This document shows, piece by piece, positions 58,429-64,000 of a stretch of DNA of 64,000 bases. Source of the stretch: Candidatus Latescibacterota bacterium (GTDB lineage Bacteria > Latescibacterota > UBA2968 > UBA8231). The number at the start of each line of letters is the position of its first letter. Within the stretch, counting starts at the first letter, position 1. Location: assembly GCA_965200315.1 (NCBI GenBank), contig OZ241362.1, forward strand, positions 800,001-864,000. Reading direction: 5' to 3'. Both the position numbers and the translations under genes were made by a program. The notes beneath the pieces were generated by a model. The model was not told the DNA's origin. It saw only the letters and a program-made list of their open reading frames with translations, and made no database searches.

Positions 58429-59505
58429 CTAGGCTTGGGCTACGGTTATTGCACGCAGCTTGTCCGCGTCGATTTCCACGCCCAAACCCGGCCCCTCAAA
58501 CGGATACAAATAGCTGCCCTCGGCCCGCACCCTTTCCACGGCCGGCGACGCCGTGTACAGCACCGGCCCCATAGGATCGCAGGGCAAGTTGGTGTTGGGC
58601 ATGGCGATGCCTACGCTGACCTGCGCCGATACCCCCAGCGTCGATTCTTGGTCAGTGCCAATCAAGCAGCGGAATCCAGCCGCCTCCGCTAGCGCAAAAA
58701 GCCGGCGGATATGGGTCGGGCCGCCGCAGACGCAGGCGACGTTAAAGGCCGTGCAGGCCCTTTTTTCAATGGCTTCCATGCCCAGTTCGAGGCTGTTGAT
58801 GTGCGAGCTTACCGGCAGGTCAACGCGCCGCACAAATTCGGCCGACACCCGCAGACTGCGCGAGGGCTGCTCAAAGTGATAGGGCGCGTAGTGGCGGAGG
58901 ACATCGGCGTAGCGGACGGCCGTTTCCCATTCGGTGAAGCGCCCGGAAAAGTCGATGGACTTGAGCTTGAGCTGGTCGTCGAAGCGACGTTGGGCCTCGC
59001 CGAGAAAGCGGTTGTCGAGTGCGCTATCGCCCGACACATAGTAGCGGAATAGGTGATGGCCTAAGTCGAGCAGCCGCTGGAGATAGCCCAGCGCACGCTC
59101 GAAGTCCTCTTTTACCTGCCAGCCAAAGATCGGATAGCAGCAGTAGAGCCGCTCCCGCATCTTGCCGCCCAAAAGCCGATAGGCCGGTACGCCTTGGGCC
59201 TTGCCGTGGAGATCGTAGAGCGCCAAGTCAATCGCCGAGGCGAGGTGGAGGTCGGTTACGGAGCTGTGGAAGGCGTGGCCGCGCAACAGCTCGTTGATTT
59301 CGGTAATGGCCCCGGCGTCCCGCCCCACCAACAGCTCGTTGTACTGCCGGGCAATGGCCGGCAAATCCTCGGCGCGACTGTCGGACGCCTCGCCCCAGCC
59401 GACCGGGCCATCGTCGACAAAGACTTTGACCAGCACGTGCCCAGAAATGTGGCCGTAGTAGCGCGGGGTCTCTATCTGCATGGTCTCTACTTGGGTGATT
59501 TTCAC
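58429..59505 (-). CDS. Enolase-superfamily acid-sugar dehydratase, galactarate dehydratase II-like
   Basis: CYPIF, FRYYV (R-x-Y), KSIDFS, EQP, S.H, GTDQE, DPMGP.LY. Confidence 0.8.
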   Translation of the reverse strand: MKITQVETMQIETPRYYGHISGHVLVKVFVDDGPVGWGEASDSRAEDLPAIARQYNELLVGRDAGAITEINELLRGHAFHSSVTDLHLASAIDLALYDLHGKAQGVPAYRLLGGKMRERLYCCYPIFGWQVKEDFERALGYLQRLLDLGHHLFRYYVSGDSALDNRFLGEAQRRFDDQLKLKSIDFSGRFTEWETAVRYADVLRHYAPYHFEQPSRSLRVSAEFVRRVDLPVSSHINSLELGMEAIEKRACTAFNVACVCGGPTHIRRLFALAEAAGFRCLIGTDQESTLGVSAQVSVGIAMPNTNLPCDPMGPVLYTASPAVERVRAEGSYLYPFEGPGLGVEIDADKLRAITVAQA

Positions 59506-59525
59506 GCCTAGCTCCTTTGCGTTGC

Positions 59526-59553
59526 CGAGCGGCTCAGCACCGCGAGCCGCTCG
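59526..59553. terminator. GC-rich stem-loop between gdh and the dehydratase gene
   Basis: CGAGCGGCTC-N8-GAGCCGCTCG perfect 10-bp stem. Confidence 0.5.
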
Positions 59554-59648
59554 TTGATTTCGGCCTCAAGGTAAGAAAAAGGCGCTGTTGGCGCACAAGC
59601 CCTCGTGTTCGTATAGCAGCAGCTCGTACTGTTACACGTCCGGCACCA

Positions 59649-61085
59649 TCAGTACACCATCTCCCGATAGCTCCGCGCGATCTTCTCGATCGCCACGACG
59701 TACGCCGCAGTGCGCAGGTCATGCACCTTGTCATGGCTCAAAAACACCTCGCGCATCTCGTTGTACGCCTGCCGCATGGTGTCGTCGAGGCCAGATCGCA
59801 CCAAGTCCAACTCATCGGCTCCGCGCATCAGGTCGTGCCGCTGGGCTTCGGGAAGGGGTTTGCCGACCGCAGTCTCTATGGCTTCGACGATGCGCTGTCC
59901 GCGCAACTCGTCAATACGCCGGTCCATGCGGCCGAAGCGGATGTGGGATAGGTTCTTGATCCATTCAAAGTACGAGACTATAACGCCCCCTGCGTTCAGG
60001 TAAGCGTCTGGAATCATCACCTTGCCGCGATCGCGCAGAATTTCGTCCGCCTCGAAAGTGATCGGACCGTTGGCGGCCTCGGCAATCAGCGATGCCTCGA
60101 TGCGCTCGGCGTTTTCTGCGGTGATGACCGATTCAGTAGCCGCCGGGATCAGGATGTCGCAGTCTGCTTCCAGCAAAAGGCTGCCGTCCTTCACGAACTC
60201 AGAGTCCCGAAAGCCTTGGCCACCGCCCTTTTCGCGGCGATAGGTGGCGAGTTCCTCTATGTCTAGCCCGGCCTCACACACCACAGCCCCCTCGCGCTCG
60301 ATCACGGCAACCACCTTGGCACCATCCTCTTCGGACAGGAACTTCGCGGCGTGGTACCCTACGTTGCCCAAGCCCTGGATGATTACGCGCTTGCCCTCTA
60401 GGCCTCCATCCATCCCGGCCTTCTGCACATCTTCGGGATGGCGGAAGAATTCTCTGAGGGCGTACTGCACCCCGCGCCCCGTCGCCTCGTTGCGGCCGCG
60501 GATTCCGCTCATGTGTACGGGTTTGCCGGTGACACAGGCGACCGCGTTGATGTCATTGGGATACAGGACGCGGTAGGCATCCGCGATCCACCCCATCTCG
60601 CGCGCGCCCGTGCCCATGTCGGGAGCCGGCACGTTGAGGCTGGGGCTGATGTAGCCTTTTTTTGCCAACTCCATCGTGAAATTGCGAGTGATCAACTCGA
60701 GCTCGGCGGCTGCGTAGTCGCGCGGGGCGATCTGCAGGGCTCCCTTAGAGCCCCCGTACGGGACATCGACGATGGCGCACTTGTAGGTCATCAGGGCGGC
60801 CAGAGCCTCGACCTCGTCCTGATCGGCGATCGGCGCATAGCGGATGCCGCCTTTCACCGGCAGGAAGTGCTCGCTGTGGACGGCGCGCCAGCCGGTGAAG
60901 ACCCTAAATTCGCCCCGTATGTAAACGGGAAAGCTGACCTGGAACACGGAGTTGCACGTCTTGATCTGGCTGGCGAGTCCCGGCTCGAGGTCTATCGTGG
61001 CGGCGGCCGCATCGAACATCCGGTCGACGCTGCTCTTGAACGACTGCTGCTGCTTTTCCAAACCGGACCCCGCTTTTTTATTCAT
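59649..61085 (-). CDS. gdhA: Glutamate dehydrogenase (Glu/Leu/Phe/Val dehydrogenase family)
   Basis: PVKGGIRY, MTYKCA..DVPYGGSKG, PAPDMGT, VTGKP, GRNEATGRG, QGLGNVG, EAANGP, NAGGV.VSYFEW. Confidence 0.94.
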   Translation of the reverse strand: MNKKAGSGLEKQQQSFKSSVDRMFDAAAATIDLEPGLASQIKTCNSVFQVSFPVYIRGEFRVFTGWRAVHSEHFLPVKGGIRYAPIADQDEVEALAALMTYKCAIVDVPYGGSKGALQIAPRDYAAAELELITRNFTMELAKKGYISPSLNVPAPDMGTGAREMGWIADAYRVLYPNDINAVACVTGKPVHMSGIRGRNEATGRGVQYALREFFRHPEDVQKAGMDGGLEGKRVIIQGLGNVGYHAAKFLSEEDGAKVVAVIEREGAVVCEAGLDIEELATYRREKGGGQGFRDSEFVKDGSLLLEADCDILIPAATESVITAENAERIEASLIAEAANGPITFEADEILRDRGKVMIPDAYLNAGGVIVSYFEWIKNLSHIRFGRMDRRIDELRGQRIVEAIETAVGKPLPEAQRHDLMRGADELDLVRSGLDDTMRQAYNEMREVFLSHDKVHDLRTAAYVVAIEKIARSYREMVY

Positions 61086-61205
61086 ACGCGCCAGCCCCTA
61101 TTCTCCGATGGTGGCCAGAGTTGGGTTTCTCCGTGCCGCGTAATAATTTCCGCAACAGCAAACCCTCGCGCTCGCCCGACAAACGGACATCCATCCCGAG
61201 CAGCC

Positions 61206-61229
61206 AAAACTCGACTAGTCGGATCGAGT
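61206..61229 (-). terminator. Weak terminator-like hairpin after the cotransporter gene
   Basis: ACTCGA...TCGAGT followed by TTT on the minus strand. Confidence 0.3.
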
Positions 61230-61263
61230 AAGAAAAAGGGGATGCTGCCGCGCAAGCGACCGC

Positions 61264-63522
61264 TTATTCGATCAAAACCGGCTCGCTCGCATGGACGAAC
61301 AGCACGTCGTTTGCCCCATAGTAGCACTGGAGGGCTTGCTTGGCCTCGTCCGACTTGACGTCGTCATCGGTCAGACCAGCGATGACCAAATCGGCTTTGG
61401 AAGATCGAAGGATCACCTCCTGCTCAAGAGCTTCACGAGTCGTGCAAGAAACCGACGTCACATTCTGCCTAGAAATCGGCAGCCGTCCTTTCGTCATCAA
61501 CTCGGACAGCTTGTCTGTATCGTGCTCTCCGTTTCCAAGGTCGAAGCACGCGAAGAGCCGGATATCGGCGTGCTTCCACTCTGGATGCCCCACGATGATG
61601 TACGCCAAAAGCAGCATCAGCGGAGCGTTGACCAGATTCTTCTCGGTCACCCACAGGTGGATCGAGGAGTAATAGCCGAAGCGGTAGTTCGTCGACCGCA
61701 GGATCAAGACATTGAACATTGATTCCGTTGCAAGCTGTGCGCCCTGCACGGTCTCTTTGATCTCTTCGGGATGCTCTTCGTTGAACTCGAACAGAACGCA
61801 GTTGTTGGGCAAGCCCGAAATGCCGTGCGTCTGGAGCGTCTGCGCCAGTGCCATCTGGAACGAAGGACAAATTAGCGAATCCACGAAAATGCCCGCCCCA
61901 CTGACCTCGGCCCGCTCGATCAGCTTGCCCACCTGCATGCGGGCTTCGATCTCTCTGGTAAACGAGTATTCTCCCTCAAAGAACTGAATAAAGTGCCCAA
62001 ACCCATGCCGGTGGCTAATCCAACGCAGCAGGTCGAAGTGCCCCAGCCGACGTTCCCCAAAACGGGTCACCGCGACGATTGAGGGGCGCCAGCCCCCTTC
62101 CGATTTTACCGCCCGGCTTTTCTGCAGCGCGATCTGAAGACGGCGAGTCAGTTGGAACATCGTCCCTTGGAAGATCGCCGTCAGGCCGCGCTCTCCCCGC
62201 CGCGAACGACGCAAGCCGAAATAGGTCACCGCCATAAGAGCGATCGCCAAGAGCGCGTACAGCAGGTTCATTTTGAGCATCATCAGGCCGCACATCACCG
62301 CGCCCAACAGCGACAGATACCAGCGCGAATGAAAGGTCGGACGATAGGACGGATTGCTGGCAAAGTATTCGAGGAACGCCACCGTGCAAAGGGCACCGTA
62401 CGTTACCATGAAGAACATGCTGAGGATATGGGCGATGAAATCCACGTCGCCCAACGCCACGAATGCGATCGCAATGGCACTCGACACGCAGGTTGCGTAC
62501 ACCGGCTCCTGTGCCTTGCCCCAGCCTTTCTCCAACAGACGATTCAGTTTCGGAACCGGCAGCACATCGTCGTGCGCGAGGGCTTGCAGGGTCCGCGGAG
62601 CGACGAGAATCGAACCGAGGGCAGAAGATAGGGCGGCAGCACCCAGCCCTATGTAGATGGCTGGCCCCCACAGGGCGATCTCGGCCATGATAAACTGGTC
62701 GGCGGCGAGTGCATCCGGCGTCGCACTCTGGGCGAGCTTGATGGCGACCAATGAATACACGAGCATCCCCGCAAGCGTCGCGCCAATCGTGCCGAGGGGG
62801 ATGCTGCGCTGGGGATCCTTCAGATCGCCGGAAAGGCCCAAGCCCGCGATCATGCCCGTGAAGGCCGGAAAGCACGTTGCGAAGACGAGGCCAAAGGCAT
62901 CGCCCCCTTCGATGGTCTCGGTTAGATGCAGTCCGGTGGGACGGATTTCCTCGGGGCCTTGTCCCAACAGGAACGCGGCAATCGACGCCCCCAGAATCGC
63001 GCAGACGATCCACAGCACCCGCACACCGATGCCGGCACCTCTGGCGAGTATTAACACGGCAAGCAGGATCGTACACGGCAAGCTCACCCAACGCGGGTCG
63101 GCTTCTATTGAGTACGTCGCGGCGACCCATGCGTATACAGGATCGAATGCTTCGGCAAAGGCGACCAAGTAGAAGGCCACCGAAATCGCTTGAGAAAGGT
63201 ATAGCGCAAGCCCAATCGCGCCGCCGATGCTAGTGCCAAAGGAGCGGCTGATAATGTAGTAAGCGCCGCCGCCCGCCACGCGGCGATTTGTCGCAATCTC
63301 GGACACCGCCAAGACCGTGGGAATGGTCACCAGATGCCCAAGGACGATGATCAGGAGGCTTCCCCAGAGACCGACGTGCGCGACAGCGTAGCCGAACCGC
63401 AGGAAGAGGATCGCGCCGAGGATCGTGCTGATGGACGCAAGAAAAACAGGCGCGGTGCCAAAGCCGTGCCCCGCTTGGGAAGATGCAGATGGGCTACCTG
63501 TAGCTGTTTGTTGTGAGGTCAA
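61264..63522 (-). CDS. Cation-chloride cotransporter (SLC12-like) / APC-superfamily permease
   Basis: TILGAILFLR, EIATN..V.GGG.YYIISRS.G..IGG, FPAFTG..AG..LSGDLKDP..SIP.GT, WRP.I cytosolic domain. Confidence 0.88.
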   Translation of the reverse strand: MTSQQTATGSPSASSQAGHGFGTAPVFLASISTILGAILFLRFGYAVAHVGLWGSLLIIVLGHLVTIPTVLAVSEIATNRRVAGGGAYYIISRSFGTSIGGAIGLALYLSQAISVAFYLVAFAEAFDPVYAWVAATYSIEADPRWVSLPCTILLAVLILARGAGIGVRVLWIVCAILGASIAAFLLGQGPEEIRPTGLHLTETIEGGDAFGLVFATCFPAFTGMIAGLGLSGDLKDPQRSIPLGTIGATLAGMLVYSLVAIKLAQSATPDALAADQFIMAEIALWGPAIYIGLGAAALSSALGSILVAPRTLQALAHDDVLPVPKLNRLLEKGWGKAQEPVYATCVSSAIAIAFVALGDVDFIAHILSMFFMVTYGALCTVAFLEYFASNPSYRPTFHSRWYLSLLGAVMCGLMMLKMNLLYALLAIALMAVTYFGLRRSRRGERGLTAIFQGTMFQLTRRLQIALQKSRAVKSEGGWRPSIVAVTRFGERRLGHFDLLRWISHRHGFGHFIQFFEGEYSFTREIEARMQVGKLIERAEVSGAGIFVDSLICPSFQMALAQTLQTHGISGLPNNCVLFEFNEEHPEEIKETVQGAQLATESMFNVLILRSTNYRFGYYSSIHLWVTEKNLVNAPLMLLLAYIIVGHPEWKHADIRLFACFDLGNGEHDTDKLSELMTKGRLPISRQNVTSVSCTTREALEQEVILRSSKADLVIAGLTDDDVKSDEAKQALQCYYGANDVLFVHASEPVLIE

Positions 63523-64000
63523 CGGGCCTTGCTCCTTTGCTTGGTCAAGCTGTTCAGTGCTACGAGCAGTTCGTCGATTTCAGATTCCAGTAAGAAAAAG
63601 GTGATGCTGGCGCGCAAGCCCTCGCGCCCGTGCGGCAGCGGCTTGATGACCATGTTCCACTCCTCGCGGAGGGCCGCGCTCAACTCCTCCCCCTTCCATC
63701 CCGCCAGCCCAAAGCTGACCAGCGCCGCAGACCGCTGAGGGGAACGCGGAGTGTAGAGCATTGCATCCGGGATCTGCGCCAGCCCCTCCTTCAGCCGCCC
63801 GGTCAATGCCACCGTCCGCGCCCAGATCGCCTCTATACCAATGGCCGACAAGTACTCGACGGCAAAGGCCCAAGCCAGCACCAGCGGCCAACACCAAGGA
63901 CCGTACTGAAAGCGCTCAGCCGTCTCGCGCAACGCAAAGGTGCCGGCGGCCGGGTCCAACCACTGTTCGGCCCGGCCGCCGGCATAGCACACCTGCACCG
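63519..64000 (-). CDS. Class V aminotransferase / cysteine desulfurase-like protein, C-terminal part (partial)
   Basis: A.RF..G, IG..AI..R...L, S.LVSF, LRAS..F....EID. Confidence 0.75.
   Translation of the reverse strand, partial: VQVCYAGGRAEQWLDPAAGTFALRETAERFQYGPWCWPLVLAWAFAVEYLSAIGIEAIWARTVALTGRLKEGLAQIPDAMLYTPRSPQRSAALVSFGLAGWKGEELSAALREEWNMVIKPLPHGREGLRASITFFLLESEIDELLVALNSLTKQRSKAR

Noticed and set aside
1-64000. CRISPR arrays, tRNA/rRNA genes, prophage or intact IS elements
   Set aside because: None seen by eye; intergenic gaps are short and lack regularly spaced repeats or cloverleaf signatures. A covariance-model scan was not possible.

Overview
GC-rich bacterial chromosomal window with a C-rich + strand in core genes. 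Gene content (several PhyH-family dioxygenases, enolase-superfamily enzymes, secreted proteins with FlgD-Ig C-termini, TolB-like proteins ending in ...SWGRIK...) is reminiscent of Ca. Latescibacterota-like, possibly sponge-associated, bacteria; this is inference only. Layout: (1) core block 1-13.6 kb: pyrC, an RNase HII-YraN fusion, aroQ, prmA, mrp, dnaJ, grpE, hrcA (no dnaK), and divergent glnA-hemC-cobA/hemD-AIR-synthase-like gene. (2) Accessory block ~13.6-40.6 kb: catabolic enzymes, two FlgD-Ig secreted paralogs, a Kelch-like protein, a dead BrnT/HTH toxin-antitoxin pair, an adenine methyltransferase whose partner endonuclease has an internal deletion, a PhyH-fold protein with a non-canonical HxG motif, and two tandem TolB-like paralogs with variable loops. 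(3) 40.7-64 kb: MacAB-type exporter, speD, sigma-54 two-component system, MbnP/MbnH-like pair, HU/IHF, DUF4932-like peptidase, GSAM-like aminotransferase, a decayed GH127, a methyltransferase, an aldolase, a galactarate-dehydratase-like enzyme, GDH and a cation-chloride cotransporter. About ten pseudogenes or fragments indicate active gene decay. I saw no rRNA, tRNA, CRISPR array or intact transposase. Best leads: two candidate C-terminal protein-sorting signals, the HxG dioxygenase (candidate halogenase), and a structured intergenic element before a DSD1-family gene. All family calls come from motif recognition, not database searches.
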